DNA of 48,957 nucleotides from a virus (Duplodnaviria > Caudoviricetes). A model generated the notes under the pieces. That model ran no database searches, was not told the origin of the DNA, and worked only from the letters and a program-made list of their open reading frames with translations. Each line of letters opens with the position of its first letter. The stretch's first letter is position 1. The position numbers were made by a program, and so were the translations under genes. Positions 8,537 to 17,700 of this stretch are shown here, piece by piece. Location: positions 1 to 48,957 of the IMG/VR virus record IMGVR_UViG_3300043391_000466, one strand, 5' to 3'.

Positions 8537-8775
8537 TCGGGTATTTCAGCAGATTGGAGTACTTCGGGATTAATAACTTGTTGCGGTTCTTCTACAAATT
8601 CATCCATAATAAAATAATCTTTTAGTTCTTGATACTGCGGTGTTCCTTCATATAAACGAAGACCGAGAGCACCAAAGATTTTTTTCATATCTTCAAATGT
8701 TTGGACTGTATTAATGTCTAGAGCGAAGGAACGGCGAGCTTGTGGCGTTCCATAATTTTCTGATAAATTTTCCAT
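8533..8775 (-). CDS. hypothetical protein
   Basis: Start at MENLSENY with AAGGAG SD. Confidence 0.7.
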   Translation of the reverse strand: MENLSENYGTPQARRSFALDINTVQTFEDMKKIFGALGLRLYEGTPQYQELKDYFIMDEFVEEPQQVINPEVLQSAEIPE

Positions 8776-9010
8776 ACTTGTTCTCCTTTTTAGTGTGTAG
8801 TGCTGCCTGATAACCTTGTTCCCAAGCAGTTTTGAGATAGTCATTGACCGTCTCTTTAACCATAATTCTACCATAAGATTCTTCAGAATTCTCCCCATAT
8901 GAAACTAATGCTTCATTCATTTGCCAGAAATGATCTCGGGGTGTAGTAGAACCTACTCGTGATGACCACCAACTATCAAATGTTGGATATACAATTTTAT
9001 CTTCAGTCAT
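8711..9010 (-). CDS. hypothetical protein
   Basis: GGAGG SD upstream; overlaps downstream gene by 65 nt. Confidence 0.7.
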   Translation of the reverse strand: MTEDKIVYPTFDSWWSSRVGSTTPRDHFWQMNEALVSYGENSEESYGRIMVKETVNDYLKTAWEQGYQAALHTKKENKYGKFIRKLWNATSSPFLRSRH

Positions 9011-9037
9011 TTAAATCCTCCTTCATTAAGTATTTTA

Positions 9038-9220
9038 CTAATCAGTTGCTCTCCATTGATGAGTGTTACATTTTTCCTGAAATTCTTCTACTGCTTCAAA
9101 AATGCGTCTAGCAGATACATCACCATCTGACTCACTCCAGCCATCATTTTCCTGCCCACTAACATAGTAGGCATTTAAATGCATTTTGATGTGGTCGATC
9201 AGTTTGTCATAATGCGTCAT
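9038..9220 (-). CDS. hypothetical protein
   Basis: 60-aa ORF. Confidence 0.7.
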   Translation of the reverse strand: MTHYDKLIDHIKMHLNAYYVSGQENDGWSESDGDVSARRIFEAVEEFQEKCNTHQWRATD

Positions 9221-9342
9221 TTAATCACCCCCAGTTGGCGTTTGAGTGCTTGTTTACGAGATTTTGCCTGACGTAATGCCTGAGGTTTCAGGTGTCGTTT
9301 GGCATCTTTTTTTGAGTGGTGTTGCCAGTTAGGAGTGGTCAT
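9217..9342 (-). CDS. small basic cyanophage protein (41 aa)
   Basis: Manual translation MTTPNWQHHSKKDAKRHLKPQALRQAKSRKQALKRQLGVIK. Confidence 0.7.
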   Translation of the reverse strand: MTTPNWQHHSKKDAKRHLKPQALRQAKSRKQALKRQLGVIK

Positions 9343-9365
9343 TGTCCTGTCTGTTTACGTTTAAT

Positions 9366-9394
9366 ATTCTACCCTTAATCCTGTTGGTTGTCAA
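9366..9394 (-). promoter_or_regulatory. sigma70-like promoter
   Basis: TTGACA-N17-TAGAAT. Confidence 0.75.
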
Positions 9395-9428
9395 GGTCTT
9401 ATGCCACAAACGAGGTTAAAATTTAATT

Positions 9429-9464
9429 AAAAAAATACCCCTATGGAAATTTCCATAAGAGTAT
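9429..9464 (-). terminator. rho-independent terminator
   Basis: TATGGAA-at-TTCCATA stem with extension, followed by T-tract on minus strand. Confidence 0.55.
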
Positions 9465-9481
9465 AGTAGTAAGTCATTAAA

Positions 9482-9856
9482 TTATTCTTCAAGAATTACT
9501 TCAGTGAAATCTTCTGGTTCTAGTTCATCAACAATGACAGGTTGTTTTTTTTGTTTGAACTTTGCATCATATTCTTCATCAGTTAGGACTTTAAATCCTC
9601 GTCCACTAGTTTTTTTCGCCATTTCTTGTGCTGCTTTTTCAAGCAAACCTAATTCAGGGGTCATCTTTTGTGGAGTAATAACAGCAGTGTCATACTCCAC
9701 AACTTCCATATTACGACCAGTGTATATTACATTGATAGCATCAAGTTCTTTATTAAATTTTTTAGCATCGGTCAGTCTTTCAGACCATAATTTGCCAGGA
9801 GTTTTATCACCAGTCCAATAAGAATTATACCCCTTCACTCTCACAATATATGACAT
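9482..9856 (-). CDS. hypothetical protein (paralogue of 9858-10097)
   Basis: Start moved to MSYIVRVKGY, directly after the upstream stop. Confidence 0.75.
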   Translation of the reverse strand: MSYIVRVKGYNSYWTGDKTPGKLWSERLTDAKKFNKELDAINVIYTGRNMEVVEYDTAVITPQKMTPELGLLEKAAQEMAKKTSGRGFKVLTDEEYDAKFKQKKQPVIVDELEPEDFTEVILEE

Positions 9857-9857
9857 A

Positions 9858-10097
9858 TTATTCAGCAGCAGGTTCTTCGGTGGGTGCCTCTTCAGCAGGT
9901 TCTTCATCAGGAAGTAATGCATCTTCAGCATCAACTGCTACCAAAGGATAATAATCAGGAATTTGACCTTCAATTGCAGCTTCAGCATCTTCAGCACTTT
10001 CATATTCTAGTGCTTTAGCAAGATCATCTGACCATATTGCTTCTTCATCTCCTGTCCAAAATGCATTCTTTTCAGAAAGTCTAACAACAAATGCCAT
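9858..10097 (-). CDS. highly acidic hypothetical protein
   Basis: About 24 D/E of 79 aa; GGAG SD; late-promoter-like CTAAATA at 10127-10133. Confidence 0.8.
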   Translation of the reverse strand: MAFVVRLSEKNAFWTGDEEAIWSDDLAKALEYESAEDAEAAIEGQIPDYYPLVAVDAEDALLPDEEPAEEAPTEEPAAE

Positions 10098-10129
10098 AAT
10101 AGTTAACTCCGTAGGGTAATTTCTTTTAT

Positions 10130-10342
10130 TTAGTGATCTTTAATTATATGAGATAGTGTGGTTTTCCTTACCACAGCAGGATTTAGGGATTTTTTATGCT
10201 TGATTGTGATATATTTTATGGCAGCATCTAAGGTTTTGCTAAACTCTATTTGCTCACCATTATGAATAATTATATACCCACCACCAATAAAAGGTATAGC
10301 TGCATATGTAAGATCTTTAGTCACATAACTATCACCCTTCAT
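10130..10342 (-). CDS. hypothetical protein
   Basis: 70-aa ORF; YAAIPF...YIIIHNGEQI pattern. Confidence 0.75.
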   Translation of the reverse strand: MKGDSYVTKDLTYAAIPFIGGGYIIIHNGEQIEFSKTLDAAIKYITIKHKKSLNPAVVRKTTLSHIIKDH

Positions 10343-10521
10343 CGTAATGTCCTGAAAGTAAGAACCTCTATTTCTCTATATGTATCGTAATCTAAAAACC
10401 ATTCTTTAAATTCTTCACACAATGCCTGAGCATTTTTGCCCTCATCAGCATCAATGAATGATCCTATGAGAGCATCAACGTCCTCAAGGATACTTTCAAT
10501 TTGCTCAAGTTGTGAATTCAT
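10339..10521 (-). CDS. hypothetical protein
   Basis: 60-aa ORF, ATGA-coupled. Confidence 0.7.
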   Translation of the reverse strand: MNSQLEQIESILEDVDALIGSFIDADEGKNAQALCEEFKEWFLDYDTYREIEVLTFRTLR

Positions 10522-10560
10522 TTTTAAAAAATAATGGACAATTTGGGGATATTATCCCAA

Positions 10561-10646
10561 AGGAAAGTCAGAGATTCGAACTCTGGGAGGCTACTAACCT
10601 CAGTAGTTTTCAAGACTACCACCATAAACCACTCGGTCAACTTTCC
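10561..10646 (-). tRNA. tRNA-Ser(UGA)
   Basis: GGAAAGT/ACTTTCC acceptor stem, GTAGT-CT-TGA-AA-ACTAC anticodon arm, long variable arm, GTTCGAATC T-loop; no encoded CCA. Confidence 0.93.
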
Positions 10647-10693
10647 AATAAAGGGGAAAATTAATTCCCCAGTTCACCTTATTTCACCTTCTC

Positions 10694-10723
10694 ATTATAC
10701 AGCAAGAATGGATGATCTGTCAA
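10694..10723 (-). promoter_or_regulatory. sigma70-like promoter for tRNA-Ser
   Basis: TTGACA-N18-TATAAT with TG immediately before the -10. Confidence 0.7.
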
Positions 10724-11841
10724 CCCCCCTCTGAGGTATCATCGGGAGTTTCTCCCCCCTGAGCATTAGCATCAATCTTATCATAAAGATCAAGGAATGA
10801 TTGCTTGGTTTCTTCATCAAAACGATTGACACAAACCTCAATTGCCTTCATACGCTTGCCGAAGATACTATAAGCACGGATAATGTGCGTCAGACGGCGA
10901 GTAGAAATAACCTCATCAATGCCACCATCCTTAAAGGTTTTACGGATAATGTCTGCCCAAGAGGCAAGTTTCTCACAGAACTCTTCATCATTACCACCAA
11001 GAGATTGCGTAATTTTCTCAAGAATTTTCTGTTCAATCTTTGGAGTAGGATATTCTTGCTCAAAAGTAAGAGCAAATCTTTCTAGGAATGCTTCATTCAA
11101 TACATTAGTACCGATGAACCTACCATCATCAGAACCCTTACCTTTGGTGTTTGCAGTGGCAACTACAGTGAACCCAACAGCAGGATTAACATACCTACCA
11201 GTCTTCTTCAAGAACACACCCTTACCTTCAAGGATTGATTGTAGGCACATAATTTTGTTGCTGGCAAGATCAATCTCATCCAGCAGCAACACAGCACCAC
11301 GCTCCAATGCTTCAATCACAGGACCATTGTGCCATACAGTATTACCATCAACTAAACGAAAACCGCCAATCAGATCATCTTCATCGGTTTCAATGGTAAT
11401 ATTTACACGAATGATTTCACGTTTGAGTTGAGCACACGCTTGCTCCACAGAAAAAGTTTTACCGTTGCCTGAAAGACCAGTGATAAAAACAGGATAAAAT
11501 ATGCGAGAAGAAAGAATTTTCTTAAGGTCAGTAAAATTACCAAACTGGACGAAGGTATCATCTTTTTCAGGAACGAGATTTTTCACAACAGAAGTTTTTA
11601 CTATGGGTTCTGCAGCAGGAGCATTATAAGTTTGTTCGAGTTTTTCGTGAGCAGTCAAATTCCATTTATTGTAACCAATTTTATATACATCAAGTCGTTT
11701 GCAGATAGTTGGATAAGAAACACCAAATTCTGTTACAGCAGAACGAAGAGCATCTGCACCAAACTCTTCTCCGAAATTGCTGGAGATATAAGAAGTCAGA
11801 GCATCAGTATCAAGGTTGGATTTGCGGGCCATTGGGGTCAT
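10720..11841 (-). CDS. cobS: CobS-like MoxR-family AAA+ ATPase
   Basis: Walker A GLSGNGKT, Walker B LLLDEID, TANTKGKG and NEAFLERF; typical of T4-like cyanophages. Confidence 0.92.
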   Translation of the reverse strand: MTPMARKSNLDTDALTSYISSNFGEEFGADALRSAVTEFGVSYPTICKRLDVYKIGYNKWNLTAHEKLEQTYNAPAAEPIVKTSVVKNLVPEKDDTFVQFGNFTDLKKILSSRIFYPVFITGLSGNGKTFSVEQACAQLKREIIRVNITIETDEDDLIGGFRLVDGNTVWHNGPVIEALERGAVLLLDEIDLASNKIMCLQSILEGKGVFLKKTGRYVNPAVGFTVVATANTKGKGSDDGRFIGTNVLNEAFLERFALTFEQEYPTPKIEQKILEKITQSLGGNDEEFCEKLASWADIIRKTFKDGGIDEVISTRRLTHIIRAYSIFGKRMKAIEVCVNRFDEETKQSFLDLYDKIDANAQGGETPDDTSEGG

Positions 11842-11858
11842 TTCGTTTCAACATAGTA

Positions 11859-11915
11859 ATTATAGGGCATAAAAAACCCCCTGTTAAGGGGGGTGGACAG
11901 TTTCAGAACTGGATC
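11859..11915 (-). promoter_or_regulatory. palindromic element (copy C) plus terminator hairpin plus -10 box
   Basis: GTGGACAGTT-TCAG-AACTGGATC at 11893-11915; CCCCCT-gtta-AGGGGG stem with T-tract; TATAAT at 11859-11864. Confidence 0.7.
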
Positions 11916-12505
11916 TCATATTTGGTGGTTGAACCATTTTGCTCATACTTAATTGATGTGGCACCCTCTTTACGAAGAGAAACCATATCATTAATATGAG
12001 AACTCTTGGGATTAAAAATTGCACTTTCAAGAATTGAATTTTCTTCAATCAAACAATCGTTTAAAGAATTATTAGTTTTGTTTTGTTCTGCATCAGTAAT
12101 TGGTGCAGGAATATTAAGTTTTCCTTTTGAAGCTGGAGGTTTCTTTCTTTTAGAAGATGCTTTTTTTGCACTTTCAATTTTTGCCTCAACAAGACTTGGG
12201 AAAACTTTAAAAAATGTGGGGCATTTTTCTTGTGTTCTTTTAATTTTTTTGGGCGCAAAGAAATCAGGAATTTCGTTTGAAATCCTAGATCCAAACAGTA
12301 TTGCTTCTTTCTCAGATGAATATTGCATAAGAAAATTTTTCATTCCGTACAAATGTGTAAATTCATCCAGTTCAATGTTACGTGCTGGACATGATCCAGT
12401 CATTAATTGGTGTTTGTTATAAGGTCCCCACTGAGCCCATCCTTCAAGAATTACAAGGTAATCATTTTTTTCAATTGCAGCTGCAATTGTGGTTTGGTCG
12501 ATCAT
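11903..12505 (-). CDS. hypothetical protein inserted between cobS and the peptidase/vWA gene
   Basis: 200-aa ORF with its own promoter; Lys-rich middle. Confidence 0.75.
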   Translation of the reverse strand: MIDQTTIAAAIEKNDYLVILEGWAQWGPYNKHQLMTGSCPARNIELDEFTHLYGMKNFLMQYSSEKEAILFGSRISNEIPDFFAPKKIKRTQEKCPTFFKVFPSLVEAKIESAKKASSKRKKPPASKGKLNIPAPITDAEQNKTNNSLNDCLIEENSILESAIFNPKSSHINDMVSLRKEGATSIKYEQNGSTTKYEIQF

Positions 12506-12535
12506 ATGAAAGAAAAAAATTGAACTTTTGATAAA

Positions 12536-12564
12536 ATTATAGCATAAAAAAAAGCACTTGTCAA
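12536..12564 (-). promoter_or_regulatory. sigma70-like promoter
   Basis: TTGACA-N17-TATAAT with extended TGn (perfect consensus). Confidence 0.8.
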
Positions 12565-14702
12565 GAGACCAGAGAAGCGAAAGAAGAGAGGATCTTCTTG
12601 TTCATCGTCTTCTTTTTGAGCATTCCTCTGAATGCCTTACTGATCTCGGCAGTGCTTGCGTCTTCAGAAACAGTGAATTCTGCTTCCGAAGATATTCCAG
12701 AGGAAGAAATTGCATACAAGGAGTTATAGCCCACAGCATCAATTTCATAAGATTTTTCTTTCCTCCACTGCTTTGTCACATTCTCTGGCATTTCATAGAT
12801 CCTGATATTTTTGAGGTTGCTGTAGAACCTGTTGAATTCAGAACCACCAAGAATTCTAAATCCGATCAAGTTAACTTCAGGGAAGCGATGCCTCAGATTT
12901 TCCAGTAGAATAGCAGTCAAAGAATTCTCATACTCAAGACCAAATTTACGGTAAACGTGACCAGTTTTACGATCACGGAGAGCACAACTGGAATTTACAT
13001 GGTTTTGACCAATATAAGATCTATTTAGACGTTCAATATTAACATTATAAGTAAGGTTATTACCCTCACCATCAGTCAGAATTACAACATTGACCTTCTG
13101 AAGTTTATTGTTTTCTTTGAACTGTGGGATAATTTTATGCAGTGCAATGATAGATTCATTCAATGGAGTACCACTCATTTCAAGACCAATAGGGCAAGTA
13201 TATGTAACGTGAGTACCACTCATATAATATGCTAACCTCCAAACATTGAGTACTTGTTCTTCAAATTGGACATTATTTGACCGAGAAGAGAGAAAGTTTA
13301 ATAGAGCGAACAGCCGATGAATATCAAATTGTCCAGCAACACGTTCAGTTTTATTAAGAGTAGAATCATATTCAGCATCAAGAATTAATGGAGACCATTC
13401 ATAGCTAAAAGAATATACTTCAAATGGGATCTGAACCTTACGGCAGAACCAGCAAAGATTTAACAGTTGCTTGACAGTATCAAGTATGGTGTTGTTCATA
13501 GAACCAGACCAGTCCAGAATAAAGATCAGACCATGATTTTTACCATCGGGAATGACAGTAACTTTCCTGAAGATATCGTCAGCATACTTATAAGTATGAA
13601 GCATCTTAGTATCAAGAACACCAGTACGAGAAGTAGAAGACCGAGCATAAGAATCTGCAGACTTCTTACACTCAAATTCTTTTACAAGGTAATTCACTTC
13701 CTTCTGAGCAGAAGATTTATAGGTATTATAAGTACTATCGGCGGCTTCAAACAGATCACCCCAATGCTTTTGCTTTTCTGCAAATTGATCCTTCCAGGAT
13801 TTAGAAATATGTTGATGTAGATCCTTCCAGTCAACTACAATTTTATTGAGATTAAGATCAGGAACTTCAACATAATTAGTGTCGGAGTTGAATGGATCGG
13901 GTTTACTTAGATTTTCAGAGTTTTTATCAAATGAACGTTGAGTTTTAGATTCTGTCTCATTAGGAGCACCACCAGCACGACCGCCGCCCGAAGTTTTAGT
14001 ACCATTATTTTCTTGAGTACTATTATCTTGAGTTGGATTATCATCACTCTCTCCTTCATTCTGTTCTTCTTCTTGTTCATCTTCGGAAGTGCCATTATCT
14101 TGAGTAGTATCATCACTATCTTGATCATCAGGAGTTTCTTCAGGTTGTTCCTCTTCTTTCTTTTTCAGGAATTCAACTAGTTTGCTGCAGATATTCAGCA
14201 CTTCATCAAAAGTTTCTGCAACAGCAGTCATTTCAATGAACGGAAGTTCTTCTTCATCAAATGGAACATAAGATAAAAACCCCATCTTGAAGTGTAGATT
14301 GATACGATCAATCAGAGACAATTCTGCTATATTAACCTCTTTGAGGGCAAAGAAATCATCATCGTTGAGTTCTTTATATCCAGTATAAAAACTACGAGCA
14401 AGACCAGGAAACTTACGTTTCATAAGTTTCTCAATACGAGCATCCTCAATTATATTGACGAAATCTTGAGGAGCATCACAACGTTCTCTCCAATCTTCAT
14501 TGGGAGTGTATAGAGCGTGACCAACTTCGTGACCCACCAGCATATCATATACGGTTGCTGAAGCGTTGTTCCAGATAGGTAGCGTCAGTACACGACGGTC
14601 TACATCAAAACACGCTGTAGACACCTTCCTGTGCTCTACAATGAGGTTCTCAGTAGCAAGCAGTTTGGCAAGGTTGCCTTTGATTTCTTGGTTTACGGTC
14701 AT
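12561..14702 (-). CDS. CobT-like metallopeptidase plus vWA domain protein (CobS partner)
   Basis: HEVGH zincin motif, NIIEDARIE, acidic linker, vWA MIDAS DWSGSM and ILTDGE. Confidence 0.9.
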   Translation of the reverse strand: MTVNQEIKGNLAKLLATENLIVEHRKVSTACFDVDRRVLTLPIWNNASATVYDMLVGHEVGHALYTPNEDWRERCDAPQDFVNIIEDARIEKLMKRKFPGLARSFYTGYKELNDDDFFALKEVNIAELSLIDRINLHFKMGFLSYVPFDEEELPFIEMTAVAETFDEVLNICSKLVEFLKKKEEEQPEETPDDQDSDDTTQDNGTSEDEQEEEQNEGESDDNPTQDNSTQENNGTKTSGGGRAGGAPNETESKTQRSFDKNSENLSKPDPFNSDTNYVEVPDLNLNKIVVDWKDLHQHISKSWKDQFAEKQKHWGDLFEAADSTYNTYKSSAQKEVNYLVKEFECKKSADSYARSSTSRTGVLDTKMLHTYKYADDIFRKVTVIPDGKNHGLIFILDWSGSMNNTILDTVKQLLNLCWFCRKVQIPFEVYSFSYEWSPLILDAEYDSTLNKTERVAGQFDIHRLFALLNFLSSRSNNVQFEEQVLNVWRLAYYMSGTHVTYTCPIGLEMSGTPLNESIIALHKIIPQFKENNKLQKVNVVILTDGEGNNLTYNVNIERLNRSYIGQNHVNSSCALRDRKTGHVYRKFGLEYENSLTAILLENLRHRFPEVNLIGFRILGGSEFNRFYSNLKNIRIYEMPENVTKQWRKEKSYEIDAVGYNSLYAISSSGISSEAEFTVSEDASTAEISKAFRGMLKKKTMNKKILSSFASLVS

Positions 14703-14724
14703 CGTAGTAGTCTCAACTGAAGAT

Positions 14725-14782
14725 ATAATATGAAAAAACCTCCCGCTTTGGGAGGTTCGGTGGACAGTTCTTCAAGTGTCAC
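14725..14782 (-). promoter_or_regulatory. palindromic element (copy D) plus terminator hairpin plus -10 box
   Basis: GTGGACAGTT-CTTC-AAGTGTCAC at 14760-14782; AACCTCCC-gcttt-GGGAGGTT stem with T-tract; TATTAT at 14725-14730. Confidence 0.72.
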
Positions 14783-14783
14783 A

Positions 14784-17700
14784 TCAAAGTTTGAAGATGT
14801 AAGCCAGTGAATAGTATGGAGGTATAGTATCGACTGTAACTGAATGAGTGTGAGTAGTATTGCTAAGACTTACGCTAAAGTTATTACTAAATCCATGATT
14901 GTGACTATTAGCAACCCATGTAGTGCCATCAGTTTGTGAAGCAACTGGTCCCGCACCAAGATCATTAAAAACGCCTAAATCACGTTGAGTACCACTACCA
15001 GTCCAAACAGAACCCCAACCATCATAGACTGGCCCCCCTGCATTGAGGTTGATGATGCTGAAATTATTCCATGGTGGTAGAACACGAAGCGTTGATCCCC
15101 CACTAGAACCAGATGGTCCATTGGTCATCCTATTACTAGTTCTATTCGACCCGCCCGTAACTGTAGGAACTGCTGGTCCATCAGGAGATCTCATTTCATC
15201 ACCAAAGACAGCATTTCTAAACGAACCATGATTTACATATGAAGTTACTAGTCCCGAAGCAGTTATTCCTGTAATCTCACTAAGAGCTATTCCTGGGGCG
15301 CCACCTGCTGTAGATAATGGCTCATGTTCACCAAGAAGGGTAGTAATATCTCTATAAACCTGATTAAATGGTTGAGAATCAAATTGAATATCGTGGAAGT
15401 GGTTCATACCATGCTGGTGAGGTGGAATTTCTTGCCTAGTAAGTGCGCGTCCTTCTACAGTTCCAGTTCCACTCAAAGAAGCAGTAGGAGTTTGACTATT
15501 ATTTCCTGTATTTACAGTTTGTGATGTAGATCCACCAGTAGCGCCAACAGCATAAGTACTTCCAGCAGCAACAATAAATTTATTTCTAAGATCTGGTACT
15601 GTTACACTATTACCATCTCTGTCAGTTTTGGTTGTGCCATCACAGAGACACCACCCTTTAGGAATATTAGCCAATGATCCAGACCACATATTAATAACTC
15701 CAACTGGAAGAGAATATTTTTCAATAAGTGATTTAAAGTTAGCATTTACATTTGTAGTAGCAGAAGTATAAGTTTTAGTTGTAGCATTCCAAGTAGAGAA
15801 TGGATCTACATTATAATTTACTGCATTTGCAGCATCGGTTAATGTAATCTTACCTACCTGAATTTCTGCATCAGTTCCACTGAACACTTCACTTGCATTT
15901 GTAGCATCTTTAAGAAAAACATATTTGGCTGCACTGTTATCCCATCCAACAAAACCAAGTTTAGAAGCACTGTCATAATACTTAAGTTCAATACCTCTAT
16001 CCTTTCCATCATTTAATGTAAGATTTGCATTATCAGTTCCGCCACCTAAGGTAAAAATAGGATCTTTTACTGTAACAGTTGTAGAATTTACAGTGGTAGT
16101 AGTGCCACTAACTCTAAGATCACCATCAACTTGAAGATTATTTTTAATAGTTGTAGTTCCAGTTGTAGCAGCGAGATTAAGTGTAGTTGCGGCACTGAAT
16201 GCTGTTACTGTAGTTGGTTGATTTAAAAGATTAAAACTAGTACAAGTAGTAGTAATATCACAACCATTAACTGCAAGATCTAATCTTATCGTAGTATTTC
16301 CACTAATCGTAGTATTTCCGCTAATAGTTGCATTCTGACCAATAATTATATTTCCGCCAATATTTACATTATTATCAAAAATACTATCACCAGTACCGAC
16401 ATGAAGTGCTCCAGTAGGAGTTACTTTATTAATACCAAATCTACCAGTAACTTCATAAGGTTCAGGAGTAGTAATGTCTCCTACAGTAGTATAAGAATCT
16501 TCAATTGAAATCAGATGTCCAACACCAACTAATCCTGTTTGTGCCCAACCATTATTAACTAAAGAAGTATCTGGCTTAGGACCGACATAAATGTAGCCTT
16601 CGTGTCTTGTTGTACTATCAATAGTATTTTTATAGTATAAATCACCTTTAAAGGTTCCTTCTACACCAGGAGATGGTCTGAGGTTTGAATAGGAAAGTAC
16701 AGTTTGTTTGACATTACCATTTAAAAATAATGTATCTACAGTAATTACTTTTGGGCGATAAATAAAATCGTGACTAATTAATGCTCTATTAACACTATCT
16801 GCAGCTTTTGTAGAAACTTTAATCCCTTCATTGAAGTAAGATTCATTGTTAAAGGCATTTGCTGTTTTGCTGGCACCACCAGCAGTAGTTAATGTACCTT
16901 TAATACTAACATTCTTAGTTCCAGAATTATAAGCAACATATTCTTCAGTATTTTCAACTGCAGTAGTAGATCCAGCAAGTGTAAGAATTGGTTTATCTAA
17001 GATCTCAACTTCGCCAGTAACAGCATTAATCTTTTGATTTCCGACATATAGATCACCATATGCATTCAAACCAGAATAGAATACTACACCAGCTCGGCGG
17101 CGTTGTGCCTGAGAATAGAGAACTTCTTTATCTGTAAGAACTTTTTGTTGCTTTGATGGGAAACCAGTTGAATAGTTACCAGAACCAAATCCAGTATATT
17201 CAAATGTTTGATTACCAGCACGAATTTGAGAAGATCTTCTCAATTCAACTGCGATTGGAGGAACAGTGCTAGAAAAAGGAATTAAACGATTTTCTTGACC
17301 AGATACTGCTTTACCACCAATAGAATTTAATGTGGGAACATATCCAGTATTAGTTACAAATGTAGATACTGCTTCTTTTGTAATAGAACTTCTATTATTA
17401 TCTTGATAAACATAACCGTGAACTAAATTATCAGAAACAGATATAGCAGAATCGGGATCAGAAGAAGGATTATCTTTATCTAAATCTGGGTAAATTTTTG
17501 ATACATCTTGACTATATTTAAGGAAACCAAATTCATCAGTTGCAGAATTAAATTGCGATCCCTTCGTGGGAATATCGGCAAGAAGAATTGTTAAATAATA
17601 TACACCATCTTGCTCACCATAAATATGTGGTAATATTGTATCAGATTTATAGATGAAATAAATTCTATTAAATTCTGCAGTTTGTCCCGATTGAGTTGCA

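Noticed and set aside
10534-10734. 66-aa plus-strand ORF
   Set aside because: It is the antisense reading of tRNA-Ser and its promoter.
10720-14702. cobS/cobT as evidence of cobalamin synthesis
   Set aside because: No CobN or other pathway genes; the MoxR AAA plus vWA pair is more plausibly a chaperone system.
14784-15100. Diversity-generating retroelement acting on the fibre tip
   Set aside because: No reverse transcriptase and no template/variable repeat pair seen in this window.
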